A DNA stretch of 64,000 nucleotides. Source: Callorhinchus milii (lineage: Eukaryota). A program made the translations under genes and the position numbers. Shown piece by piece: positions 24,842 to 38,423 of the stretch (its first letter is position 1; each line of letters begins with the position of its first letter). The stretch covers positions 35,838,001 to 35,902,000 of the forward strand of contig NW_024704742.1 of assembly GCF_018977255.1 (NCBI RefSeq), written 5' to 3'. Below the pieces are notes generated by a model, which was given only the letters and a program-made list of their open reading frames with translations, made no database searches and was not told the origin of the DNA.

Positions 24842-25018
24842 AGAGAGCTAGTTGTTACAATCTGGAATGCACTGCCTGAAAGAGTGGTGGAAGCAGCTTC
24901 AATAATAACTTTAAAAATGGAATTGGATATATACGTGAAAAGAAAAAAATTCCAAAGCTCTGCGGAAAGAGCATGGGAGTGGTACTGACTGGATAGCTTT
25001 CAAAGAGGATTCTATGAT
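24842..25018 (+). mobile_element. CR1 LINE 3' end
   Basis: Translates to VVTIWNALPERVVEAASIITLKMELDIY...AWEW, the CR1 ORF2 C-terminus. Confidence 0.9.
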
Positions 25019-25034
25019 AATCTGACAACGTTGT

Positions 25035-25130
25035 AGTCTAACACCTGGATGAAGTACCAGAGGATGGCTGACACTCATGGAAGCATACTCCAGAGTGAAT
25101 CCTGGCCTCAGGAAAGGGAGGGGAGAACCA
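25035..25130 (+). mobile_element. AmnSINE2-like 3' end
   Basis: GAAGTACCAGAGGATGGCTGACACTCATGGAAGCATACTCCAG...CCTCAGGAAAGGGAGGGGAGAA. Confidence 0.55.
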
Positions 25131-25554
25131 AAACAGAATCCTCCAGCCCATTTCACTCTGCTTGGTACAGCTCTGACAGTTTCTGGAATTTTTGTGTTTT
25201 ATGGTAATCTTTTATCCTCTGGTTATTGCTTTCAGTGCTGGGTATTTGGTTTCATTAGAGCAGAACCTGACTTGCTATTTGCTGCTTGAAACGTATAATT
25301 TTTTTGTCTCACAAATTTCTGCTTGAAACTTTACTTGAATCTCCATTCAGAACACTGGAGTGATTCTCTGCAATCCAAATGGTTTTGAGTGGAGAATTTT
25401 GCACTGAACAGCAAAGCTGGTTAAAAATATACTTGTGTTTTTGCTTTCAGATTCACCATAATCCATCATTAACACTTAAATATTTATTTTATTTGGAGAC
25501 GTTCTTTTTCTCAAATGGCAGCATCTAATTCCTCAAATGGCGGAATCTAATTCT

Positions 25555-26113
25555 TCATTGGCCTTCCCAACTCTTCCCTTCACAAGCTGCAGATCATCCA
25601 AAACTCTGCAGCTCGTGTACTCTCACGCACCAGGCTCCGTGTCCCCATCACTCCACCCTTGCCCACTCCACTGGCTCCCGATCCCCCAGAGGTTCGAGTT
25701 CAAATCCTTGTCCTCACCTTTAAGGCCATCCATGGCCTTGCCCCCTCCTACCTCTCTGACCTGCTGACTCCTTACCAACCTGCCCGCTCCCTCCGCTCAT
25801 CAGGTTCCGGTCTGCTCCATGTCTCCTTCCTGACCCGCCCTACCATCGGTGGCCGGGCTTTCAGCCTCTCTGCCCCCACACTCTGGAACTCCATCCCATG
25901 GTCCCTTCACCTCACTTCCTCCCTCACCTCCTTCAAGGCCGGTCTCAAGATCCTTCTCTTCAACCGTGCCTTTGGTCTCCGTCCCACCTCTCTGCCTTCC
26001 CTCACCCCTACAACACCCGTCCCCCATGCTCGGGTTCCGACATCTGACTGTTCAGCGCTTTGGGACGTCCTCCCGACATGAAAGGCGCTCTATAAATATA
26101 ATTTTGTTGTTGT
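25555..26113 (+). mobile_element. Young L2 LINE 3' fragment (subfamily A)
   Basis: ILVLTFKAIHGLAPSYLSDLL...GGRAFSLSAPTLWNSIP; highly similar to 40441-41000; 3' hairpin and (TTG)n. Confidence 0.97.
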
Positions 26114-26887
26114 AATTGTTTTTAAAATGTGAAATTCTCTCAGATGTATAAAAATCACGAGATGGATTGCCTTTAGTTTGTTAGCGGTAATAAACCCCTA
26201 GCTCAACTTTGAATTATAGGTGTTTGAAAATTTCACAATATTCAGAGTCACTTATTAATTGGATTAGTTTCCACTAATAAATCACCAAACTGGTTAACAA
26301 TGCGTTATTGTTTTTTCATTGCTCTATTATGCACCTGTTCTGAGCCCCACAGTATCTTCCCATCTCTTGTTGTGTTCGTTGTCAGGTGAGCTGCTTTTGA
26401 CTGCTTGTGCCACAGTAATAAAATTGCGAGTTTTGGCCTTGTCAGTATACTTCCGTATGATCCCTGGTAGTCTAACAAGCACTGACAAGTGACATTAGAG
26501 TTGTTGTACATCAGTCTGACTCTTTGTATGGTGATAAGGGAATACATTTAGGGGTCAGGATTTTGATAGTTGAGTATTGCAATTAGTGCCACAAGCCGAG
26601 CAAATGTCTGGGCATGGTAATACCACCAGCACAGCAATATATTGGATCAGATCAGATCACACAGATGTTATCAGATGTCATTCAGAAAATGTTCCATATG
26701 AATCACAGGACCTAGCGTTCTTCAGAATAATTTCAGGAAGACATAAACCTATCCACTTCAATAATTTCTAGCTTAACATTTACTTTACATTGTCTTTCCT
26801 TTGCTGTCTCTCCTTCGAATTTTAAAGATGAAGGGATGTTAAGATTTTTTGCAAAGAGTTTGGCTCTTTGTACCAATTACTTTTCTC

Positions 26888-26952
26888 TTCAGCACCTTGG
26901 GAACGTCCTCCCGACGTGAGAGGCGCCATACAAATGTAATTTTGTTGTTGTC
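26888..26952 (+). mobile_element. L2 3' tail only
   Basis: CAGCACCTTGGGAACGTCCTCCCGACGTGAGAGGCGCCATACAAATGTAATTTTGTTGTTG. Confidence 0.9.
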
Positions 26953-28489
26953 GTCAGTGTATTAGCGAGGTAAGCACCTTCAAGGGCAAATGAATGTTTG
27001 GCATTATTTTTGGTTCCTTAAAGAAGTGAAGATCTTGTTTTAAGGAAAGCTATGTCTCAAAGTGATTTAAGACTGTAAACAAACCATTGAAAATATGGTG
27101 TCTGAATGTTCCATTATTATTCATTTGCTCTTTACTTTTTCTATCGTTTTATTCTTTTATCTTTTCTAGCAACAATAACTTCCATGTATACTGTACCCTT
27201 TATGCAGAATAAGGTCTCAGAGCACTGTGTTTTAATTATATTTGACCTTAATGGTACTTATTGCTTGTGATCCATTTAAAGATTTAAACACTGAAATCAT
27301 TTGTTTTGCGCCAGAATTTAGCAGGTCTAATTTCCTGAGTTAAAGTGAGCGAGTAATCACAAACTCTCCCCACATTAAAGGTCCGTATTCTATCTGAGTA
27401 ACATTGGAATTTTGACCCTTTAGTCCTGGTGAGAAATTAGTTGATGAGATCCTCAATCTAGTGGATGGTGAAGAGAAAACAAATTACTACCCAAGTTCTG
27501 CCTTTGCATAAGTGAAACAGTTTTCCACATTCAAAGCATGTAACCTTGGATTCAAAGCTATGTACATTATAGTTTTGAATTCAAAATAAACATCTTATAC
27601 ACACTCTTGGAGTTCAGGTAAAAACATTTTTCTTGTGTGCTGCAGTCTTAACATTGCATCCAGATTTTAAGAATGGAAACATAACACTATCCAAAGCTAA
27701 GATCAAATTTATCCAGTTACCCACCACCCGCAATACTCAAACTATTGTCTCATATACTAATACTACCAGTCCTGTACTTAATTAATTAATATGATTGTGA
27801 TTATATCCCACTATTGTATCACGCAACCAGTACCAATGAAAATATGTATCATCTGCTGAAGATTTCCAGGCACACTTCCAGGGTTTTAAGTAATTTAACT
27901 TTGCAGAATCTGTCTACCTGGTGTTAAGAATTCTGGATCAAGATACAGTTCTTCACTAATGGTTATAAAGGCCGTGGTTGATTTCAGAGTCCAAGTGCAG
28001 ATGCTGGATGTGAATGACAGAGAAAGAATAGATGGACTCAACAGCTTTGTCTGATTTAAACATTCTTTGAAACATTCATTCAAAATGATTTCCCAGCAAT
28101 TTACCACTTCAATAAATTCAAAACACAATCGAAAGGCTGCAGCTCTGGCTTCCTTGACTGAAAGTATAGATAAGAGTGTAAATTATGCTTGTGGGAGTAA
28201 ACCTTAGGCCTTACATTATAGAGTGAAGCCTATTGCTGTTGATCTATGTAGACAAACTTAAAAGATCATATGTGAAAGCTTCACCAAGGCCACACAGATC
28301 CTTTTTCAGACATGATCTATTTGTCAAATTATGCCGCTCAGTCAAAAAATATTCAAAGCATTTCTCACTTTGCAACACTTAGACCCTCCTTGAATAAATT
28401 GACTACAAATATGTAGAAATCTAACCTTTGTTAATCAATGACAGACCACAGTTTTGTATTGCCTTCTTGCACTATCTATTTCAAGCTAT

Positions 28490-28950
28490 TGTTAACTGAG
28501 TGCAGAGTCCTGACCTCAACCACCCCAAAATTGTCCTTCACAATCTTGATCCTGTGCCTCTTCAGTTTGGCATACCTGAAGGCATTATTGCTCGTTTGGT
28601 ACGACTTGTACTTATTTACCACCTTTTACACTCCACCACCTGCTGCCTCCGCTCGGCTGGCTCCGGCCTCCTGTTTGTCCCTCATCCCCTCCGCTCCACT
28701 ATCAGTGACCGTGTCTTCAGCACTACACCCCAAAACTCTGGTACTCTCACCCTCAATCCCTCCGCCTTGCCCCTCCCTCCCTCCCTCCCCACTTTCAAAT
28801 CCCGCCCAAAGAGCTTCCTTTTTGATTGTGCTTACGATCACCTCTTCCCTCCCTCTCCCCCTGGCTTGGCATCAGACTCTGCCACTGTCAAACACTCCAC
28901 AACGCTACTCCATATGAAGGGCACAATGTAAATGCAAGTTGTTGTTGTTT
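28490..28950 (+). mobile_element. L2 LINE 3' fragment (older), followed by further L2 tail pieces to about 29130
   Basis: CLRSAGSGLLFVP...TFKSRPKSFLFD; ATGCAAGTTGTTGTTG tail. Confidence 0.85.
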
Positions 28951-29204
28951 ACCTAGGAAAACGTCTCAAAGGGCTTCACAGAGATAGAGTTAGAGCATAA
29001 GCAGGGTGGCAGGTGGGTGAATGGTGGGTGGGGGCGAGGGAAGAAGTGGCAGGTAGATGGCTGAAGGCACAGAGACAAATTTGGGGATGCCCTCCCGACG
29101 TGAAAGCCAAATCTAATTTTTTGTTGCTGTTCTGAAAGAGTTTTGAAACTGGAGTGGGATGGTGCGAGTTAAGCTTCTCATGTCATTCTACTTTTTTTAA
29201 TCTT

Positions 29205-29455
29205 AACTAGTAGGAGGTGTAGTTCTTTGGAGGAGACATTAAACCAAGGCTTCATCTTCCTCGTCTGTTGCTGGTCAACAATCCTCCACATTAATTGGCC
29301 ATTCACATCATGGTTGTTTGTGGTAATCTGCTGTCGACAAACTGGTTGCCTTGTTTCCATATAAAAATGGACACTATGTTTGACAGTAATAACCTGTAAA
29401 GCACTTTAAGATGTTTTGACATGATAAAACGTAATATTAAATGCAAGGATTATTT
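29205..29455 (+). mobile_element. Degenerate SacSINE1-like DeuSINE
   Basis: GGAGGAGACATTAAACCAAGGC, GTTTGTGG..CTGCTGT, tail AAATGCAAGGATTATT. Confidence 0.7.
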
Positions 29456-30837
29456 CACAAAAAAGGAAGGCATTATAACTCAAAAAATGACATTTATAGT
29501 TTGTAAATCTTTGATTTACAGTGTTATAAACTGTAGTTGACAGGATAAGAGCACATCATACCAGGTGAGGATTTACTGCTTAGCATTACTAACTTGGCAA
29601 CAATCTTAGTACTGTAGTTTTCCATCATTTTGTCACAATTCTGCAATAATTGTTAAAATAGGACTTGCAAATATTTTTTTAAAATGGTAACCAGCGAACC
29701 TTAATTCCTAATTCAGATATTACTTCACATTTCACCCCCAATACACAGTCAATCCACTTTACAATACATTCTAACTCTAGGTGATATTTTCCATGTCAGT
29801 ATCACTGCATTAGAATATCAAAGCACTATAAAAGGTCAGACCCTTCAACCCATCAGTCATTATTAGAGGCATTTGCCAAGATGCCTTTCTAGATTGCAAC
29901 ACAACCAAGATTAGTACTCTAACATGAAGGTCCATATTTTTGACAGTATCTTAACAGTTTAATCGTTAATTTTTCAATCTCCCAAGGAATTTTTATTTTT
30001 CTCTGTCAGATCAAGCCTGCCACACAAACACAAACTCATCTTTTGTCCTACTGTCCCAAAAACGGGCATATCTTGTTGCATGCGTGGAATCTGCTGATCC
30101 CAATGTACCTTTGTACGCTGCATATTTAGACAGATGTAACTTCATTGGCAGTGGGATTTAAGAGCAAAGATAAAAGAAAGTTGTGAAAGTCATCAGCAAC
30201 TTAATAATGGTGTATGTTTGGCACTGGAAACCTTGGTATTAAAGCTGACACATGTCATGAACCTAAGACCTCTGTAACTGACAAAATTATTACAAAGTGC
30301 CTGGGGATATTTTCATCTAATTGTTTTTGATGGTACACACCATAGAGTCAACTATATACTCGAATTAGCCTTTTGCATTAGGAAAACCATCTCCACAGTC
30401 TTCTGCTTACAAGTGCTATAATCATTTCTTTTGCTGAAAAACAGTTAAGGCTTCAATGTAAAGAACCCTTGCTTTTCAGTTCCTATAAATCAGCAGAATG
30501 TATTCTTGGTGCTTAAAATGATGATATCTTTCATGTTTGGTCATTGGCCTTGGTTTGTGGGGCCCTGAGGTTTTTGCTGATTTCTCTCTGATCTTCTTAG
30601 TGTTTTTCAGACTGTAGTAGTTAATTAAGGCTTTGCATTCCTTGTGGCTAAAGCTCTCTATGCCTTTGCCAGGAAGCTATGGTAGTAACCCTGAATGCTT
30701 ACCAGCACAGAGTGGACAGACTTTACGAGGTCATCAAAGAAGGGTTTGTTTAAAAAAAAGCTAAGTTTCAAACCTTACATCCAGATTGCCTCCACGATTG
30801 TCTTCTTCTGAATACTGCCTGCTTTTATCCATGTCTC

Positions 30838-31475
30838 AACAACAACTTGTACTTATATAGTGCCCCTCACGCAGGGTAGCGTCCCAGAGCGCATCTCGTT
30901 CATCACGTCCAGGCAAGATAATGCCAACTGTCTGCCTGCCAGACTACTTTCCTCTTGCTTACACAAGCTACAGAATATCCAGAACTCTTGTCCTTTCCTG
31001 CACTAAGCTCCACAAACCTATCACCCCCATCCTTTCCCAGTTCCATTGGCTCCCCTCCCCAGAAAATCAAGTTCAAATCCTCATTCCAACCTTTAAATCT
31101 CACCATTGACTTGCCGCACCCCACCTCTGCAACCTCCTTAAATCCTACAAACCCAGCTGCTCACTTCATTCAATGGACACTGCTCTGCTTCAAGTTTCCC
31201 ACCCCACCCACCCCACAATTGGCACTCAGGCTTTCAACACATCTGCCCCAGATGTTTCAAATTCTATCCCAGAGTCTCTTCAACTTGCCCCTTCCCTTGC
31301 CTTCTTAAAAGTCTGTCTCATGATCTTCCTCTTTGACATCCTTTCAGCCATCTTACTCTCTCACCTCTCCCTTCCCCTGGTCCCCATCCCCAGCTTGGTG
31401 CAAACTTTAGACTGCACAGTGCCTTGGGTCATCCTCCCAATGTGAAAGGCACTCTATAAATTGTAATTTGTACTG
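30838..31475 (+). mobile_element. L2 3' fragment (+, 30900-31475) preceded by an antisense L2 tail (30838-30895)
   Basis: KPITPILSQFHWLP and PTIGTQAFNTSAP motifs; tail GAAAGGCACTCTATAAAT. Confidence 0.85.
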
Positions 31476-32714
31476 TATTGTATGTCCATTGCTGCTGATG
31501 AAACTATTTAGCATGTTTTTGTCATCTCAAGGATAGCTTATTCCAATGCTCCCTTCACCAGCTTTCCTGGTGCTGCTTTTTAGAAACTTCACCTGATCTA
31601 GAAATCTACAATTTGAGACAGACTGAGACAGAGGGAGAGAAACAGAGAGAAAAAATGTTTTACTTGACTAAAATATATGGGATAAGCACTTGTTTTCTAT
31701 GTATGAAAATGGGGGGCATCTTTGAATCTTAGTCTCTATTACCTTAGCAACACAATGTTATTAGACAGACCTCCCAGTTCTTTCCCGGCCTTGATATACA
31801 TGTCAGGAGTTTTACCCTCATCGTTTGACTTAGATTCCAAACAAACCCACTCACAATTTCTAGCGTGCATCAGGGACTTTGATGAAGGATGAATAAAAGT
31901 TCTGGGTGAAATAAATTTGTTTGTAATTTAGCATTAAACTAATTTGCAGGTCACATTGTTGAGGAACCATTTATTTTACCTCGGGTCAAATAGCAGATCA
32001 CGCTTTACCAAGTACGTTATAAAATGTTGAACAAGCTAAGTGGTTCGGTACTGATTGAGATACCAGACATCTGTATCTCCCAGTTTCACCATTAGAGACT
32101 GCCATGAAGAATAGTTAATTTATTGCCAGTTGTTTGTGATGGTTTTTGCAAGGAAAATTAATGTCTAGGGAGAGGTAATTTATTTCCTAACTTAAGTTTT
32201 TACAGCCAAGTTCTGTCATGGCAACAAAAAGTTATTAGACAGACCCACCACCATTCTTGAATTAGTTATAAACTCTGCTTAGTCTTGTGGGAATGGCAGT
32301 CTGATAATAGGAATCTAGGTTCAGACGTTATGTAATCAAACAAGAGCACTCAGAATGTACACCAGATTTTATTGTATTGTTAGGAGATACAAAGATTCTT
32401 TTAAATTAAATCCTAAAATAAATTATTTCAATATTGGAACAGTATCACTAAAGTAAAGGCTTAAAATTAATAATCGTGGTCCTGAGATGACATTTTTGCC
32501 TCCTTCGTTTTAATTTGCTCCATTATGCTGAGGTATAGTTGAAAAGACACCACACACCTCTAGTCTGTTTGAATTTGGACAAGAGGTAATAATAGGATTT
32601 TCAACAAATGGAGTCATCATAGCCAAACAGAATCCATCCCTTTTTCAACATTCACATACACATATGATGTAGTAGGAGTTACTGGAGAGTAAATGGGAGT
32701 AGCACCTTGTTGGC

Positions 32715-32850
32715 TTTTTGCTTCCCAGTTTGATGCTGAAGTTAATCTTAGCGTAGTCCTGATTGAGGTCAACCAGCTCATCAGACTGCAGACCGTTCAA
32801 ACCCAGCTAAGATCTTCCTGGTCTTTGGTCTGTCCCCAGTACCACAGAGT
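32715..32850 (-). mobile_element. AmnSINE2-like 5' fragment
   Basis: Reverse complement CTGTGGTACTG...AGACCAGGAAGATC...GGTCTGCAG...GAGCTGGTTGACCTCAA. Confidence 0.45.
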
Positions 32851-34199
32851 ATTAAGTAAGCATTTACCAATGAAAAACTGTTTTGGTATTAAACCACAAA
32901 AGCATCAAAGTCATTTTTATGATATTTTTCCTTCAGTTAAATCATTTTAAATAATTTATGCTACCTATGGCTGCAAAAGCTATTGGGAAAAAAAAGCTTT
33001 TCTATGGGCCTCTGTGCAATAAATTTGTAAGAAGTACTATTTCAATCCCAGCTACAAAGCTGTCTGGCCACAATGTCGAAAGTCGCTTAACAAACCTTAT
33101 AGGTGAAAACATTTGACCCAAAATACATAATTTTACAATTGGTAATGGAGCCAATTTAAATCTTTGGCTCAGTGGTTTCATAGTAGTTCTAATATTTACA
33201 AAAACTGCTGCTTGAAAATGAATTAAATATTTGACCACAACATTTGGATTAATAATAATGAATAATGTTAGAAATAAAGGAGCGGCAAGAATGGAACTAA
33301 CCAGTCTGTAAAGCCTAGGAGTTGGCCAGAATAGAACCAGCTGCTTATTCTGGTAAGTCAAAGTACAGAGTTGGGAATTCGAGAACAGAGGAACCAAAAC
33401 TATTTGTATTCTATCCTTAACAACTCATTTACTACTGAGTCAGAGACTGATAATATACAGTATTTTGCTTAGTGAGTCAGACATATATATTTTCAAGTTA
33501 GTACAATAGGCATTATTATGCTTAACTTAGAATACGTCACAGAGGTGACAATATCAAAGTTCATTGGCAGCAGTCAAAGATTCTCTTGGTTTGAGAGGGT
33601 AGATAACAAGCGTTGAATTCTCCAGTCTGTGGAATCTGTAGAATTTATAAAGTCTCTCCAGGCTGTGGAGTCTGTAAAGCTGTATAATCTGTAAGGTCTG
33701 TAGATGGCTTCCCTTCTTGCTTGAACCTCGGAAACTTGGATTAGAGGACCTCCCTTGTGAAGCACTACATCAAGAAGCAGATTATATTTCAAAATGCATA
33801 CAGTTAGACAATGTATGTGTATATATATAATATGGCAATTACCATGCCCGTGTTTGCCTGCAAAATACACAGTAATTACACTTTATAGTAAATTCTGTAA
33901 AGTACTTTAAAACATTTTGATGACAGATAAATGCAAGGAATATTATTATGAAGGAAATCAAAGTTGAAGGATTCCACCAACAAGAGTGAAGGTTGTATGC
34001 ATTGAGGTGATGAGACGAGAAGGAAGGTGATTATTCTAGAGTGAAATCAGCAACAAAGGAGGTACGGTTGATTTGTATTCGGAGGAGGTGATTTCATATA
34101 GAGGAGGAAGATTCTGAGACAAAGAATAGCACTGGGAAATCCTGGATTGAAAAAAAACAACATTTTTTTTATTCTAAGTAGTTGAAAATCTCCCTTTTA

Positions 34200-34400
34200 T
34201 GGTGAGGGTGGAACATGATGTTGATTAAAGTGTTAGAACGATGACTGAAAGCCAAAGAGGAATGTCTTGAGATGGATCTTGAACAAGGTGAGGGAGGGAG
34301 CGAGTTGGAGGGACTCCGGGATGGAAATCCAGAGAGTGCGGGCAGATTACTTGAAAGCCTGTCTACTGATGTTGGACCACTAGCATCAAAGAATGGTAGA
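34200..34400 (-). mobile_element. Old L2 3' fragment
   Basis: GTCTTGAGATGGATCTTGAA...GGAGGGACTCCGGGATGGAAATCCAGAGAGTGCGGG, similar to 47340-47430. Confidence 0.65.
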
Positions 34401-34785
34401 TTCACAGAATTTACAAGAAAGTAGAACAGACAACTTCTGGGTTAATCTTTTTGAAGTGAATTATGTTAATATTAAACAGAATAAGGTGTATACTATGTTC
34501 AGATAACTGGAGACACGCAAATTGGCTTGGCCTGTGCACTGTGTTATTGAAAAGTGGGCAGGATATCGGAAGTGTTATTTCAGCTACCATAACAGCTGTC
34601 ATGTTTCAAATCTACTAATTTTAGAGTGGGCTCACTGCTAGCCTGGCTTCTCAGCATGTATTTTTCCCCCACAAGACCCAACGTAATCATAACTCCACAA
34701 ACAATGTTTATAAACTTTCACCCCCTCTCCCCACCATTATTTTACTCCTGCTCCCCTCCCATTGAAGGAAAAAGATTTATTTTTT

Positions 34786-34803
34786 CTCTCTCTCTCTCTC
34801 TCT
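34786..34803. repeat. (TC)n microsatellite
   Basis: Direct reading. Confidence 0.9.
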
Positions 34804-35539
34804 GCTGGAACAATTAATATTTATTGAGTGAATGTAATGATCTGAAACAGGCAGTTATATGAAAGACGTCTAGGAAGTGCAGTTTTCTGTAGATGGCATG
34901 GAAAACCCACACCTGTGTACATGTCTGGTTTCCCTATTACACCGTCTCTAACAGACTCCGCTGTGTGGAAGTCTTTTCCCACTGAAACAAGTAGCAATTT
35001 TTAAGTAGCAGAATCAGGTCACACATGCCAAAAGCACAGTTCTCCAATGTTCCTGCTTTAAGGGTAATATTTCCATATCCCCACCACATTTACACAAAGC
35101 TGTCAGTGGCAACCTCATCTGCCTCCCCGCACACAGCACACCTTAATAAACAGCAGCCAGCTGAGACCCCAGACACCTGCAGAATCATTTACAGTACGTT
35201 ATTGTTTGTCCAAAAGGAAGCAGGTTGCTATCCCCCTGGATCAGTTCAACTTTCTTGGAAGCCTGAAGTTATCTGACAGGGCACTACTGAATATATTATA
35301 GAGTTCTGAAAGGCTGCCAGGCCATCTGATGGTGCGGAGCAAGTGAGAGGAAAAAATAACATGTGAAAGACCCCTTTATACACTTCCTCTGTTATCACAG
35401 AATCACTCATGAAGCTGCAATCCTAGTTTGCAGATTAATGTTCTGACCACTTAGTGGCCCCTTGCTCAAGGGGCTAACTGGAGGAGGCTTAACCCTATCA
35501 TTGCCAGGACCCATAGAAAAGGAGCCGTTACTGTTTAGA

Positions 35540-35930
35540 TGTTAGTCTCGCTCAGTTGGTAGCATTCACCTCTAAATCAGAAGGTTGTGGGTTCAAGTCC
35601 CACATGGGGATTTTAAGCTCAAAATCTAGGCTGCTAGTGCAATACATTCCTGGTGGTACTCTACATTTTTGAAAGTGCCATCCCTCAGATGAAAAGTTTA
35701 TGTAGATGTTCACAGATCCCATGACACTTTACAAAAAGTGTCCTGGCCAAATCCCCCCCAGATAAATTGGTCATTCTGTTTATTGGTCATTGTTCATGAC
35801 TATTCATGGGACAATGCTGGGTGCAAATTGACTGCTGTATTTTTCTATAGAATACGTAGTCACTTTACTTGCTTTGAGACATCCTCCCGATATAAAAGGT
35901 GTTAGATGAAATGCTAAGATCATTATTAAG
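35540..35930 (+). mobile_element. SacSINE1-like DeuSINE, near full length
   Basis: tRNA head GCTCAGTTGGTAGCA...AGAAGGTTGTGGGTTCAAGTCCCAC, Deu domain AGATCCCATGACAC/GTCCTGGCCAA and tail. Confidence 0.85.
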
Positions 35931-37429
35931 TTCAATTGCTATCAATCAATGAAGGCAAATTATGATTTGTTCAGGAAACAAAGGGCAATTTGGGGCCAAT
36001 TAGACAAAACTAATTTGACAGATACCAAGGATGAATCATAGCTCTTGTTTCACACAACGTTCCACGATCTCCACCCTTGAAAGTATTTGACTGATACAGA
36101 AATGAAGGGAACAGAGGTGTACTCATTTACTCAGTTACATGTTGTGCATTTTGCTCCTCAAGTTACAAAAGATCTGAAAATTACTGCGTCCCATTATGTG
36201 CTATTTAATAAAATGAGAGTAAATTTATGAATTTGGTTGCTGAATAAATGTAGCAATGAATTACCAGAGTATTGTACTGAATATGTAGGATTCGTTAGCC
36301 ATTCTGAAGTCAGAAGCAATGATGCTGCCTTTTTCTATGCATTTCAATGAGCTTAAATGGCATTAAAGTCTAGTATTATATTGCCTATACATGGGTCCAA
36401 CAGTGTGGAAGGGCCTCAGCGAGGAAACTGCAGTAGGAACTGCAACGTCCTCTTAAAACATGCATGTCAAAAATGTTCCTACCAACATTGCCTTATTGTC
36501 TACACTGCACAATGTTGAATTGATACCAAATATAATATAATCATTGTAGTTTTGGTGGTTTAATCTGAATCTATTTATTTTGTGGGTTAAAGGTAAGTAC
36601 GACAGTAATAAAGATAGCCTGATAGTTAAGAAGTTTTATTCTTGAAATACTAACAAATGAAATTAAATGAAATATGCCGCTTTTCAGCCTCTTTTTCCTG
36701 CAAGCTTTTGGAAATAGTATTTAACAAACATAAATTAGATAAAATGCAAATGGGGTTGCAAATTAGCATCTTAAATCCCGTTTGCAATTATCATCAATAG
36801 ATCCTCCTATTCCAATTCCTATTTTGATACAATGTCTGTTTATAAGTCTAGTCTGTTAATTGTTCAAGAAATATTGTTTAAATTCAGCCATTTATTTCAA
36901 AATCAGTCACTTTGTTATATGAATTAGACAGAAGATTTTATTTGCTTTAAACTTTAGTTTACACATCCTCATCTCCTCTTCCTGCTTTTACCTATTTACT
37001 ATATATTGTAAAATAATCCCGTGCTGTTGCAAAATACTATATAAATTTTAAAAGCTTTTGCATTCTTGGTGCACTTTTATATGAGAGTGCAATAAACAAC
37101 ATGATGACAAGATGAATCATACTGCTCTTTATGATATTCCAGTTTAAATTTTTAAAAGAGAGTGCAAATTCTGCTGTGTCTGGAAAAATATTTTATATAC
37201 ATGTAAAATTATTTTTTAAATAATTTATTCACAGCCTTTTTCTTTCATTATCACTATCTTAGTTGAACTGAAATAGAATGCTTTCTCTTCGCATATCTCC
37301 CCTACACCCAGCTCTGAAGTCACATAATCTCCCAGTGATTAGGCTGTTGCTCTGCAATGTGAACAATAAAACATTAACTACGCTGCTTCATTTGTACATA
37401 TCGTGACATAAATTGTTTCACCATGTTGG

Positions 37430-37670
37430 AACTCATACAGTCTATGCTGATACTTCTTGGTGGTGCTGTTCTTCAAATGAGATCTTAAACCTGTTTGAAA
37501 AGAGAAGGGAATTCTCCCAGTGTCCTGGACAATATCCCTCCAAATAAAAATTTGTCTTTCACATCATGGCTGTTTGTGGGACATTGCTGTGCTCAAATTG
37601 GCTACGACATTCACCTACAAAATATACGATCATTCCACTTTACAATATACCTTGTGAAGCGCTTTGAGAC
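37430..37670 (+). mobile_element. SacSINE1-like DeuSINE fragment
   Basis: TTCTCCCAGTGTCCTGGACAATATCCCTC...GTTTGTGGGACATTGCTGTG...GTGAAGCGCTTTGAGAC. Confidence 0.8.
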
Positions 37671-38423
37671 AGTGGCCAAATCTGAACTTGATAGGAACTG
37701 TTTGGCAGATGAGCCTTGGGTTTAGCTTCATAAGTACTTTATCTTGATAACTAGTCCACTACAAATTGAACACTCTACAGCAAAAGAGATTGAAATATTT
37801 ACTTACAGTTAAATCTGATTACACACTGAAAGTAAGATGGCCTAAGAGAAATCTGGTTACTCTGAAGTGGGATTTTATTCTATTTCTGCTTTCTGTATAA
37901 AAAAAACACAGGTTATCTGCTGTTGATAGTCACGGTGCTCAGATTAAAAAGGTGTCATATATAGATCTTTTGAGTTATTGGGAGTCAGTGGAGCTTGACA
38001 AGGATGGGGGTGGTGATTGTGTGAGCCTAATGTGGGTAAGAAATTGGACTACAGAGTTCTGGGTTACTTGAAGCTTTCAGAGAGTGGGGTTATGGAGGCA
38101 AGCAAAGAGAGAACTGAAAGTAACCATCTGAGGTTACAAAGGCAAGGATAAGGGTTCCAGCAGGAGTAAGGGGTCATTTCAAAGTGCTTCACAGAATATA
38201 TTGTAAGTTTATTGACTGTGTATTTGAGGGTGAGAATTTGGAGGATAAGTTTTTTTTTAAGTTGGCCATTTGTGGGATTTGAAACAATTCAGAACCCAGC
38301 AGAATACCAAGGATGGGCGTTACCTTATTCAACCTCAGTGAGCTAGGAATGATGGAATCAGAACCAGAGATATATATATACTGCTGAGAACCAAACAAAA
38401 TCGTGTTGACTTTTATCTAAATA

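Noticed and set aside
35364..35374. TGAAAGACCCC, identical to the start of gammaretroviral LTRs
   Set aside because: No matching inverted end, second LTR, PBS/PPT or retroviral ORF; an 11-mer chance match
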